Source: a virus (Duplodnaviria > Caudoviricetes). Taken from it: DNA of 64,000 nucleotides. Positions within the stretch are counted from its first letter, which is position 1, and each line of letters begins with the position of its first letter. The notes under the pieces were generated by a model. It had not been told where the DNA came from. It did no database searches and worked only from the letters and a program-made list of their open reading frames with translations. Of this stretch, positions 18,680 to 28,003 are shown one piece after another. The stretch is from the IMG/VR virus record IMGVR_UViG_3300032050_000002; one strand, written 5' to 3'. A program made the translations under genes and the position numbers.

Positions 18680-20758
18680 ATGGCAATAGGAATTAGAATA
18701 ACGAGTAATAATTTAAATGGTAAAGTTGCTAATGTGACTTTTAATCCATCGACTGGTGGTACAATAAATATTGGTGATGTGACAATTCCGTTTAATTATA
18801 TAACAGAATTTCCTTATGGAACATATCAAGTTTATGTTCCGTTTTATGACTACACTTATGATTTAACAATTAATCAACCTGTTGATGTTAAATCTTTTGT
18901 ATTTGTGTCAAAAACAACCACAAATAATAATAATGGTATTGTTAATTTAAATTATGGTGATTTAACCGCAACGGTATTTAATTTAGGAATCGATAGCACG
19001 GGATGGTATATAAATGATTTATATCCGATAACAAATTCAGGTTACGCAATATATTTTCAAAACGATAATACTTGTGATTTACAATGGGTTGTTTTTATAG
19101 ATTCAGAAGGTAATGTAATTGAAAGTTATCAAACTAATTGTAATTGTGATTACGATTATAATATTTTAGGAGGTAAATACGCAACGTTTGAAGATTACTA
19201 TAATCGTGTTTTAAAAATTTTTAATGGTAAAGAAATTACTACACTTAGTCCTGATGATGAAAATGAAGCGTATTTTACAGTTGATGATTATGATGGTGTA
19301 TTATCAAATAATAATATTATTGTTGCAAAACAAAACCTTTCTGCCAACACATTTACGTTAAATATTTTAAATAATAATACTTTAATTCCTTTTGGAGATG
19401 TTTATACCTACTCAACAGGGTTTATGGATTTTTCAACATATTTTGACGGTAATTTTATACGTATTAGAAAATATAATAATTCTTTAAGTTCATTTGAATA
19501 TATTAAAATATATGATGGTTCAAATGGTAATTTATTACAAAATATCGATTTAACAACAAATATCTATAATCAAGATAGATATTCATTTTATGGTAATAAT
19601 AAATTGATTGAAATCTATTGGAACAATTCCGACAGTAGTATTGATTATTTAATAATACATTATGACGGTAACACAAATACATTAAATACCACAACACATA
19701 ATAGGTTAAATTATCTGGGTTATCCTGATTTAACAACAAATGAAAATCTATATCCAAATAATGGTGGTTCGGATTCTTTTAGTTTAATGATATATGATAA
19801 TTCAGGAAGTTACAATGGTATTGGAACTTCCGTTAGTTATTGTGATATATTATACATGTTAAGTGGGGATACAAACATTCAAACATTCACTTTTCAAAAT
19901 AGCGGAGTCCAAGATAAAACAATTAGAACATATGTTTCATTAAATGATAATATTTTTGTTCCTTGCGACAATGGTGATGGAAAAGTTTCAATATTAAGTA
20001 TTACAAGTTCAGGTATAAACTATCATGACACAAATCTTTTAATGTCTAGTAATCCTCAAGTTAGTGATATGGTTGAATGTGGAAATGGTTTTGTTGGTTC
20101 ATTTTTTGATGATACTAATTATACTCAAATGAGTTTAATACATATAACAGAAACCGGAACTTTAGGAGATGTTATTAACGGTATTAATTTGACAGGGGTG
20201 TATCAAAGAAATGTAGAATATTACGGTAATTTATATCATTTTAGACCTTACACAGGTGATACTTATTATATAATTCCAAACTCATCTTCTTTTCAAATAG
20301 GTAATTTTACAGGTAGTACGGTTAATCCTTATAATCCACAAACTTCATTTAAAGAAGATTTTTTAAGAAGAGGTAATTTATTATATATTGATTATACCAA
20401 TTCTCAGTGTTGTTTATTAACTGAAAGCGGTCTTACCTCAACTTTTAATTTACCTATTGGTTCGGCTGGGTATTCTGTAAGTGTTGGAGAAACCACATTT
20501 ATGTATGTTTATAATGATAGTATCACTAATTTTATAACAATAAATCTGTACGATTTCAATTTCAATCTATTAAATAGTCAAATAACCACTTTTACAAATA
20601 TATGGACTACTGATTCTTGTAATGATAATCACGTATTAATAATTAATGAAAATAATAAATATTATATTTATTTGGTTTCTGAAAATGAAATAACTTATAA
20701 AGAATTGTCGGATAATGATTCGTATAGAACGTTCAATGATTATGTTTGGTGGGATTAA
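18680..20758 (+). CDS. Large beta-rich putative virion protein; N-terminal domain shared with 5142-6161
   Basis: Asn/Tyr/Thr-rich, likely beta-propeller-like; N-terminal I.I.S.N..G..AN..F.P...IN.G..PF...YGTY pattern. Confidence 0.65.
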   Translation: MAIGIRITSNNLNGKVANVTFNPSTGGTINIGDVTIPFNYITEFPYGTYQVYVPFYDYTYDLTINQPVDVKSFVFVSKTTTNNNNGIVNLNYGDLTATVFNLGIDSTGWYINDLYPITNSGYAIYFQNDNTCDLQWVVFIDSEGNVIESYQTNCNCDYDYNILGGKYATFEDYYNRVLKIFNGKEITTLSPDDENEAYFTVDDYDGVLSNNNIIVAKQNLSANTFTLNILNNNTLIPFGDVYTYSTGFMDFSTYFDGNFIRIRKYNNSLSSFEYIKIYDGSNGNLLQNIDLTTNIYNQDRYSFYGNNKLIEIYWNNSDSSIDYLIIHYDGNTNTLNTTTHNRLNYLGYPDLTTNENLYPNNGGSDSFSLMIYDNSGSYNGIGTSVSYCDILYMLSGDTNIQTFTFQNSGVQDKTIRTYVSLNDNIFVPCDNGDGKVSILSITSSGINYHDTNLLMSSNPQVSDMVECGNGFVGSFFDDTNYTQMSLIHITETGTLGDVINGINLTGVYQRNVEYYGNLYHFRPYTGDTYYIIPNSSSFQIGNFTGSTVNPYNPQTSFKEDFLRRGNLLYIDYTNSQCCLLTESGLTSTFNLPIGSAGYSVSVGETTFMYVYNDSITNFITINLYDFNFNLLNSQITTFTNIWTTDSCNDNHVLIINENNKYYIYLVSENEITYKELSDNDSYRTFNDYVWWD

Positions 20759-20774
20759 AAAAAAATAAAAAAAT

Positions 20775-21020
20775 ATGATAACAACAGTAAGAATTAATGT
20801 AGAAAAATTAAAAAACTCCTTGTTGAACTACTCAACAACAGTTCACCTCAATGAAGGTTCGACTTATTTAGATTTAAAAGAAAAATTATATTCGATGGTA
20901 AATCTTGATAAATCTTTTGAGGTTGATAAATCGTCAATTTATGTTAAAAACAAAGAAGTAAAATATGATGAAGTAGTATCAACCGAAAATAAAATCTTAT
21001 ATAATGTAACGGTTAAATAA
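20775..21020 (+). CDS. Small protein with beta-grasp (ubiquitin/MoaD-like) pattern
   Basis: TVHLNEGSTYLDLKEKL followed by SSIYVKNKEV..D.V and a terminal strand; no C-terminal GG. Confidence 0.45.
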   Translation: MITTVRINVEKLKNSLLNYSTTVHLNEGSTYLDLKEKLYSMVNLDKSFEVDKSSIYVKNKEVKYDEVVSTENKILYNVTVK

Positions 21021-21054
21021 AATTTAATAAAAATTAATAAAATGTCTTAATAAT

Positions 21055-21088
21055 AAACCCCAATTTTTGTTGGGGTTTTATTTTTTTA
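21055..21088 (+). terminator. Intrinsic terminator
   Basis: AAACCCCAA-TTTTTG-TTGGGGTTT followed by a T-rich tract. Confidence 0.85.
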
Positions 21089-21111
21089 TATAAACAAATA
21101 TAATCCAATGA

Positions 21112-21118
21112 TATTTAT
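21112..21118 (+). promoter_or_regulatory. TATTTAT putative late promoter
   Basis: After the terminator, 16 nt before the ATG at 21135. Confidence 0.65.
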
Positions 21119-21134
21119 ATCATAAAAAGACTTC

Positions 21135-23702
21135 ATGGCAAATATAAAGATATCGGCGTTACCAAGTGTCCAACCAAGTGGTTATACGAATGACGATTTA
21201 TTGGTAATAGTAAATTATGACGTTTCAAGTGGGACAACAAAGAATACACCTTTAAGTGGATTAACTTCTTATATATTAAGTGGAGTAACATTTCCAACAG
21301 ATTATCTTCCGTTAAGTGGTGGGACAGTTACAGGTGATACAATATTTAATCAAGGTTTAACCGCAACAACAATATCCGCATCAACATACTTAGGACTACC
21401 TTTAGATGTTTATGTTACGGGGGGAACTTATTCTGGAGGAACAATAACGTTTACAAATAATAGTGGTGGAACATTTCCTGTATCAGGAATAACTTCAAAT
21501 GAGGGAAATCAATGGTTAATACCAACTGGAGATACCGTTACCGTTAATTCAAATTATCAATATTTCATATATGGTGATATAATAGTTCAGGGTACTTTAA
21601 TACTCGAAACTAATAGTCAGTTAGTAGTTGTTAATGGAGATGTTATAAATAGTGGAGGAACAATCACAAATAACGGAACAATATCCGATATTGAAATTCC
21701 TTTATTTGATACGAAAGTTACTGGTGGAACGTATTCTGCCGGAACAATAACATTTACAAATAATAGTGGGGGAACTTTCACGGTTACAGGAATTACCGCA
21801 ACTGGCGGAGGAACATTTACTGGAGGAACGGTTAGTGGAGATACAATTTTTAGTAGTGGATTAACCGCAACTACGATATCCGCATCAACATACTTAGGTT
21901 TGCCTTTAGATATATATGTGACCGGAGGTACATATAGTGCTAGTTCATCTACAATTATATTTACAAATAATTCCGGTGGTACTTTTGATGTCACGGGAGT
22001 GACTGCTTCGGGTGGAGGAACATTTACAGGAGGAACTGTAACTGGGGAAACAATATTTCAAAGTGGGATAACCGCAACAACAATTTCAGCAACATCTTTA
22101 ACAGTTGATTATATTGATTTTAATATAACCGCAAATACCACTCATCAGGAAGGAAGAATTCATTGGAATGATGCTCTAAAAACTTTAGAGGTTGATACAG
22201 AAAATGCCGGTGTGCAACTAAAAGTGGGACATGAATTAGTTGTGAGAGTTAACAATCAGACTGGTTCACCAATTCCAAAAGGAAGTGCGGTTTATATAAA
22301 CGGAGAACAAGGACAAAGACCCACAATAACTTTGGCAAGTTTTACGGCAGATAGTACATCCGCAGCAGTTGTTGGTCTAACAATGACTCAAATAAATAAC
22401 AATAATAATGGTTATGTAATTGTTGGGGGTGTATTAGAAGGTCTTGACACCTCTTCTTATACCGCAGGAACGCCATTGTATCTTTATACAGGAGGAACCT
22501 TAACTTCAACAAAGCCACAAGCCCCTGACCATGATGTTAGAATTGGTAAGGTAGTTGTTTCAAACGCAACAACAGGTTCTATATATGTTTCCATTCAAAA
22601 TGGTTATGAATTAGATGAATTACATGATGCTAGAATTACAAATAAATCTGTTGGAGATTTATTAACAGTTAGTGGGTATAACGGATATGATTTATGGGTT
22701 AATTCAAAAACATTAAACGGTTCATATACAATAACCGGAGATACTACGATAGGTCAAGGATTAACCGCGACAACAATATCGGGAGGAACAATATATGGTA
22801 GTGGTTTGGGTTTAATAAATATTCCTATTTCTGGTGTTACCAATCTACAAACATCATTAAATAATAAATTTGATATAACAGGTGGAACTATTAATGGAAA
22901 TTTAACTGTAACCGGAAATACAAATTTACAAACATTTACTGCGGGAACAGGAACTATTAACGGTAATTTAACTGTAACAGGAAATACTATTTTAACATCC
23001 GTTACAGGAAATAGTTTAAATATAACCGGAAATACAATAATATCTTCTTTTACAGGAGGTTCGGGAACAATTAACGGTAATTTAAATGTAACTGGAAATA
23101 CCTCAATGACAGGAACATTAAATGTTACGGGTAATACAAACGTGAGAGCGTTTACAGGTACTACGGGATATTTTTCTGGAACAGGTCAGAACGTGTTAAC
23201 AGTTATTGGTTCAGGTAATAGCACATCGTCACCAATATTTTCGGTTATAGGAAATGGAACTAGCGCGGAATTATTTAGTGTTACAGATTCTTTTTCAGGT
23301 TCGTTATTTTCGGTTAACGATATTTCAGGATTATCGATATTAGATGTTAACTCTGATAGTACAATTTTGATGGGTAATTATTTAGCTCCGTCATTAAACA
23401 CAACAACAAGAACAAGTCTAACCGCAGGAACTACCACGGTTTATTCAATACCGACAAGTGCCTATACAGGAGCGTTTTTTGATTATACTTTAATTAGTAC
23501 GGGAAGCACAGGTGCTAGAGCGGGAACGATAATGTCAATATGGAGTGGGTCAAGCTCTCAGTTTACTGAGGTTTCAACTAACGATATTGGTGTTACAACT
23601 GGAGTTACTTTCACAGTTGCGGTTTCAGGAAATAATGCGGTGTTAAGTAGTTCGGCAACAACAACGGGTTGGACATTAAAAACAATAGTTAGAAGTATAT
23701 GA
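21135..23702 (+). CDS. Long fibre protein with internal repeats
   Basis: MANIKISALP fibre-type start; repeated TGGTYS.GTITFTNNSGGTF and INGNLTVTGNT; module shared with 8807-10240; LFSVTDS..GSLFSVNDISG region. Confidence 0.75.
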   Translation: MANIKISALPSVQPSGYTNDDLLVIVNYDVSSGTTKNTPLSGLTSYILSGVTFPTDYLPLSGGTVTGDTIFNQGLTATTISASTYLGLPLDVYVTGGTYSGGTITFTNNSGGTFPVSGITSNEGNQWLIPTGDTVTVNSNYQYFIYGDIIVQGTLILETNSQLVVVNGDVINSGGTITNNGTISDIEIPLFDTKVTGGTYSAGTITFTNNSGGTFTVTGITATGGGTFTGGTVSGDTIFSSGLTATTISASTYLGLPLDIYVTGGTYSASSSTIIFTNNSGGTFDVTGVTASGGGTFTGGTVTGETIFQSGITATTISATSLTVDYIDFNITANTTHQEGRIHWNDALKTLEVDTENAGVQLKVGHELVVRVNNQTGSPIPKGSAVYINGEQGQRPTITLASFTADSTSAAVVGLTMTQINNNNNGYVIVGGVLEGLDTSSYTAGTPLYLYTGGTLTSTKPQAPDHDVRIGKVVVSNATTGSIYVSIQNGYELDELHDARITNKSVGDLLTVSGYNGYDLWVNSKTLNGSYTITGDTTIGQGLTATTISGGTIYGSGLGLINIPISGVTNLQTSLNNKFDITGGTINGNLTVTGNTNLQTFTAGTGTINGNLTVTGNTILTSVTGNSLNITGNTIISSFTGGSGTINGNLNVTGNTSMTGTLNVTGNTNVRAFTGTTGYFSGTGQNVLTVIGSGNSTSSPIFSVIGNGTSAELFSVTDSFSGSLFSVNDISGLSILDVNSDSTILMGNYLAPSLNTTTRTSLTAGTTTVYSIPTSAYTGAFFDYTLISTGSTGARAGTIMSIWSGSSSQFTEVSTNDIGVTTGVTFTVAVSGNNAVLSSSATTTGWTLKTIVRSI

Positions 23703-24385
23703 GTTTTAGTTACGGACAAAAAATAGTAACAAATGGATTGGTTTTATATCTAGATGCCGCAAATATTAGGTCATACCCAAAAACCGGAAATACTTGGTAT
23801 GATTTAAGTATTGGTACTAATACTGGTACTTTAAATAGTGGTTCAACATTTAATACCTCAAATGGTGGTAGTATTGTTTTTGATGGTACAGATGATAATG
23901 TAAATTGTGGAAACAATTCAATATTAGATGTTGGAAATAACATTACGGTAAACGCTTGGATTTTTTTACCGAGTACTGGTGCGACAACAGGTTATAGACC
24001 GATAGTATCTAAAGTTGTTAGTGGAGCCACTGTTGGTTGGGAAATGGGTGTTAGTATTGGAAAATTAAGATGTGTCTTCAGGCCGACCTCAAATATTATA
24101 GACCTTACTGGACCTGATTTATCTATAGGTGTTTGGCAAATGTGTACATTTAGTTATGATAACTTAACCACTAAGTTATATCTAAATGGGGTTTTAAGAA
24201 CCTCAACATCAAGTGGTGGTCCTGTTATATTAGATTCATCACAACCATTTCAAATAGCGACAAGAGGAATCGGAGGAAATACGTTTTTAGGTAGGATATC
24301 ACAAGTCTCGATGTATAATCGAGCCTTATCTTCATCAGAAATTTTACAAAACTATAATTCGACAAAAGCGAGATTTCAATTATGA
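23699..24385 (+). CDS. LamG/concanavalin A-like domain protein
   Basis: GLVLYLDAAN, FDGTDD, TVNAWI, KLYLNG, GRISQVSMYNRALSSSEILQNY. Confidence 0.8.
   Translation: MSFSYGQKIVTNGLVLYLDAANIRSYPKTGNTWYDLSIGTNTGTLNSGSTFNTSNGGSIVFDGTDDNVNCGNNSILDVGNNITVNAWIFLPSTGATTGYRPIVSKVVSGATVGWEMGVSIGKLRCVFRPTSNIIDLTGPDLSIGVWQMCTFSYDNLTTKLYLNGVLRTSTSSGGPVILDSSQPFQIATRGIGGNTFLGRISQVSMYNRALSSSEILQNYNSTKARFQL
23777..23807 (+). repeat. 31-bp exact direct repeat, copy 1 (copy 2 at 24463-24493)
   Basis: CCAAAAACCGGAAATACTTGGTATGATTTAA near the 5' ends of two tandem LamG genes. Confidence 0.9.
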
Positions 24386-25140
24386 GCGGAAGTATTGTAA
24401 GTTCAAAAATAGTTACAAATGGATTAGTATTATACTTAGACGCGGTTAATACTCTTTCGTATCCAAAAACCGGAAATACTTGGTATGATTTAACAACCAA
24501 TGGGTTTATTGGTCAACTAAACAACACCCCCTTATTTGTAACAACAGGTGGAACTTCTTTTTCTTTTGACGGTACCAATGAAAATGTTAATTTAGGTAAT
24601 CTGTCATCACTTTCTTTTACTAGTGGGACATTTTCCGTTGAGATTTGGGTTAATGTTCCAAGTAGTTGGTCTGGACCTGCAAACATAAATCAATATCCTA
24701 ATTTAATTAGTAAAGGAGCTAACGCTGGATGGGACACAAATGGGTGGTCATTACATTGTTTTAGAGGGGTGTTAAGTTCTGACCCCAAAGTTATTGGGTT
24801 AGGGATTAAAAATGGGTCTAATCTTGTTACATCATCCACACAAATAACATTAGAAAATACAGATTTAGATAGATTCATATGTGTATCAGTAACTATGGAT
24901 TTAACCTCTATTAAAATTTTTAAAAACGGAATACTTAATAAAACGGTAACATCTTTAACTTCGCCATTAGGAAACCCTTTAGTAGGTCCTGCGGAAAATT
25001 CATCAAATGTTGTTATCGCAAGCGGTCCATCGTCACAATATTTTCCTGGTAAGATATCTAACATTAAATTATATGATAGAAAATTAAGTGATTCTGAAGT
25101 TTTACAAAATTATAACTCAACTAAAGTAAGATATATTTAA
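24382..25140 (+). CDS. LamG-like domain protein (paralogue)
   Basis: GLVLYLDAVN, FDGTNE, GKISNIKLYDRKLSDSEVLQNY. Confidence 0.8.
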   Translation: MSGSIVSSKIVTNGLVLYLDAVNTLSYPKTGNTWYDLTTNGFIGQLNNTPLFVTTGGTSFSFDGTNENVNLGNLSSLSFTSGTFSVEIWVNVPSSWSGPANINQYPNLISKGANAGWDTNGWSLHCFRGVLSSDPKVIGLGIKNGSNLVTSSTQITLENTDLDRFICVSVTMDLTSIKIFKNGILNKTVTSLTSPLGNPLVGPAENSSNVVIASGPSSQYFPGKISNIKLYDRKLSDSEVLQNYNSTKVRYI

Positions 25141-25145
25141 TTAAT

Positions 25146-25409
25146 ATGGAAACACAATTATACGAGAATAGAAAATTTATGATATTTAATGTATCTGAAT
25201 TAGAATTAATAGATTTTACACAAGTATGTGAAACTTCAATTGACACGGTTAGAAAAAGTGTTGATGGTGATAAAACATTTGTTAAATGGGACACCGAAGG
25301 AATTCCTTCATCAGTGGATAGTTTAACAACTAAAGAAGGTCCTTATACTTATGAAGAAATTTTAAACATACTATCAACTTCAGAATGGACTGATGTAACA
25401 ATAATATGA
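25146..25409 (+). CDS. Small acidic protein, possible fibre-assembly chaperone
   Basis: 87 aa; IDFTQVCETS.DTVRKS.DG.KTFVKW and GPYTYEEIL..L...EW; sits among the LamG genes. Confidence 0.6.
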   Translation: METQLYENRKFMIFNVSELELIDFTQVCETSIDTVRKSVDGDKTFVKWDTEGIPSSVDSLTTKEGPYTYEEILNILSTSEWTDVTII

Positions 25410-26149
25410 GTACAGTAGGAAATTGGCAAGGTCCAAAAATAGTTAAAGAGGAGTTAGTTTTATATTTAGATGCGGGTTCTCCCAATTCTTATTTTGATAA
25501 AACAAGCACAACTTGGAGAGATATTAGTGGATATGGTAACAACGCCACATTACTAAATGGGGTAACGTATAGTTCAAATAATGGCGGTGTTTTTATTTTT
25601 GACGGTACTGATGATGCGGCCAGAGTCTCACCAAACGCAATCTATAGAAATTTTACAAATGCAACTTTTAGTATATGGTGTACATTCTCAACACTATCTA
25701 CTAATAGTATCTATACTTTAATAAATAATGGAATCCAATCAACTGATAGTCATTTTTGGTTATATTATGATAATAGGACTTCATTACCATCTAATGTTAA
25801 TAGAATAGGTTTTGAGTGGGGTAATGGCACTAATAGAACTGGTTTACTATCAACATCAACTTTAATTCCTGTTTTAAATAATTGGTATAATATTGTGGCA
25901 ACTTTTGATAACGGAACTTCAATAATTTATGTTAATGGAGTTGTGTTTGGTAGTGGTACAACATTAGTAACAACAATAGCCGGAGTTGCCGCGGCTCAAA
26001 TATATACAGGAGGTTATTTTTCCGCCGGTCCTTCGGGAATACAATTATCTTGGCCGGGAAATTTAAATCAACATTTAATATATAGAAAAACATTATCTCA
26101 ATCAGAAGTTTTACAAAACTACAACGTAACAAAATATAGATATTTATAA
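25406..26149 (+). CDS. LamG-like domain protein (paralogue)
   Basis: LVLYLDAG, FDGTDD, WYNIVATFD, IYVNG, LSQSEVLQNY. Confidence 0.8.
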   Translation: MSTVGNWQGPKIVKEELVLYLDAGSPNSYFDKTSTTWRDISGYGNNATLLNGVTYSSNNGGVFIFDGTDDAARVSPNAIYRNFTNATFSIWCTFSTLSTNSIYTLINNGIQSTDSHFWLYYDNRTSLPSNVNRIGFEWGNGTNRTGLLSTSTLIPVLNNWYNIVATFDNGTSIIYVNGVVFGSGTTLVTTIAGVAAAQIYTGGYFSAGPSGIQLSWPGNLNQHLIYRKTLSQSEVLQNYNVTKYRYL

Positions 26150-26157
26150 CTTTAATA

Positions 26158-26164
26158 TATTTAT
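26158..26164 (+). promoter_or_regulatory. TATTTAT putative late promoter
   Basis: 35 nt upstream of the ATG at 26200; a second copy at 26141-26147. Confidence 0.55.
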
Positions 26165-26199
26165 AATAAAATAAACATTACTGGACAGGGGAAGTAATT

Positions 26200-27018
26200 A
26201 TGCCAAACGAATTAATAGTAAGAAACGGTTTTACAAGTCAAGGAAACTCATTTATAAACGGTACTTTGTCCGTAACAGGAAATACAACTTTACAGACAAT
26301 TAATGTTACGACATTAGGTATTACAGGAACAACTACCACAAGAAGTATTATACCTGAATCAAATAATACTTATAATTTAGGAGCAACAAATAGAAGATGG
26401 AGTGGTGTTTATACAAGAGAAATAAGATTTTACGATGCTGACGGAACATCGGTAAATGACTACATAACTGTTAGCGCTCCAACAGATTTAGCTAGCTCTC
26501 CAAAACCAGCTTGGGCGTTAACTTTACCTCTATTAAGTGGTTCAACAAATAGTTTTTTAGGAGTATATAGTGGAGCATCAAACACGTCAAATACAACTTG
26601 GTTCTCATTATCAGGAGGAACAGGAATTTCCATATCTCAAACATCAAATGCTAGTGGAGGAACGATGACACTATCTTCTTCCCCAACCAGTTTTTATTCC
26701 GAACCATCATCAACTGCGGTTACGTGGAATGTAAGTGGTAATAGTACAAACTATAAACTAACCTTAACCGCAAACACAACATTAAATTTAAGTAATGTTA
26801 GAAATGGTGATTACGGAACAATTATTTTAACTCAAGATTCGGGAGGAAATAGAACGGTAACTTTAGGAACGGTTAACGGTGGCTCAGCAACACATAAAGT
26901 TGTTAATGGTGGCGCTGGTTTAGTTAGTTTAACCGCAACGGCAAACGCAATTGATATTCTATCTTTTACATACGATGGAACAAATATGTATTGGAATAAA
27001 GGTTTAAATTATACATAA
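26200..27018 (+). CDS. Putative fibre protein
   Basis: MPNELIVRNG start, IIPESNNTYNLG..RRW repeat, C-terminal LTLTANTTL...IILTQDSGG.R...IDILSF domain. Confidence 0.7.
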   Translation: MPNELIVRNGFTSQGNSFINGTLSVTGNTTLQTINVTTLGITGTTTTRSIIPESNNTYNLGATNRRWSGVYTREIRFYDADGTSVNDYITVSAPTDLASSPKPAWALTLPLLSGSTNSFLGVYSGASNTSNTTWFSLSGGTGISISQTSNASGGTMTLSSSPTSFYSEPSSTAVTWNVSGNSTNYKLTLTANTTLNLSNVRNGDYGTIILTQDSGGNRTVTLGTVNGGSATHKVVNGGAGLVSLTATANAIDILSFTYDGTNMYWNKGLNYT

Positions 27019-27020
27019 TA

Positions 27021-27908
27021 ATGTCTAGACTATTTTTTAGTTCATTAAGTGGTGTTGATTACGGAGGAAGTATTGACCCGATAACTTTAAACCCAACGGT
27101 TTATTTTCAGGTGTTTGATACAAGTTATTTAACCCCGTCATCACCTTCTTCAGGAACTTCAATTACTGAAATTAGACAATACACGGCGGAAACTTATTCA
27201 GCAATTACCGCTGCGACCGATTGTGCCCCAACTTGGGATGTTTTGGGGGGTCAAAATTTACTTTATTTTCCCGCAATATATGGTTCTTGCTGGCCACCTC
27301 CTTGTGTTGCGACTTGTGATGGTAGTTATTATACAACGAATCAAAATATTAGTTTTATGTCTACAAGTGGGTATTCATTTACTCTTTATCTTGTAGTAAA
27401 ACCGTTATCGGGAAGAACTGCTGATATTTCAAGTAATCTAAATTTTATATTAAACGATGACCCATTATATTTACCTTTACCAAGAACTTCAAATGTAGAA
27501 TATATTGCGGTAGTCGATAATAAAGACATTTATTTAAAAACAGAAACAGATAATTATAACACAATACTAAATGTACCAATTGAGATTAACTCTGATGAAA
27601 CCGAACTTCAGTCAAAAAATTTAAGAATCTTTTCAATTAGGGCTCAAGACACTAGAGATTTAATAAACAATTCCGTTTTTACGTATGTTAATGGAATACA
27701 GACAACCGCGATGACTCAGTCAACCGTTACAACAGGAACTACAATAGGAATTGATTTTTCTTTAGGAGGAGTAAATCCAACCAATAGTATTGTAGAGGAA
27801 TTATATCAAGGTTATTTTGGGGAATTAATAATTTTTAATACAATACACTCAATTGATACTCACAGTAAAATAATAACCTTCTTAAAAAATAGGTGGGGAA
27901 TATCATAA
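27021..27908 (+). CDS. LamG-like/lectin-like virion protein
   Basis: FTLYLVVKP, TYVNG, YQGYFGELIIFN; ends ..RWGI. Confidence 0.65.
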   Translation: MSRLFFSSLSGVDYGGSIDPITLNPTVYFQVFDTSYLTPSSPSSGTSITEIRQYTAETYSAITAATDCAPTWDVLGGQNLLYFPAIYGSCWPPPCVATCDGSYYTTNQNISFMSTSGYSFTLYLVVKPLSGRTADISSNLNFILNDDPLYLPLPRTSNVEYIAVVDNKDIYLKTETDNYNTILNVPIEINSDETELQSKNLRIFSIRAQDTRDLINNSVFTYVNGIQTTAMTQSTVTTGTTIGIDFSLGGVNPTNSIVEELYQGYFGELIIFNTIHSIDTHSKIITFLKNRWGIS

Positions 27909-27913
27909 GTTAT

Positions 27914-27942
27914 TTGACAATTCATTAGATTAATTTTATATT
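27914..27942 (+). promoter_or_regulatory. Sigma70-type promoter of the DNA polymerase gene
   Basis: TTGACA (27914-27919), 17-nt spacer, TATATT (27937-27942). Confidence 0.75.
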
Positions 27943-28003
27943 TATTTAGGTAAGGTAAATCTCAAATAGTTTGAGAGCGAATAAACCACTTTAAATTTTT
28001 ATT

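Noticed and set aside
9250-24493. Diversity-generating retroelement (TR/VR) explanation for the near-identical fibre segments
   Set aside because: Differences I inspected are mostly synonymous and not adenine-specific; both copies are coding; no reverse transcriptase in the window.
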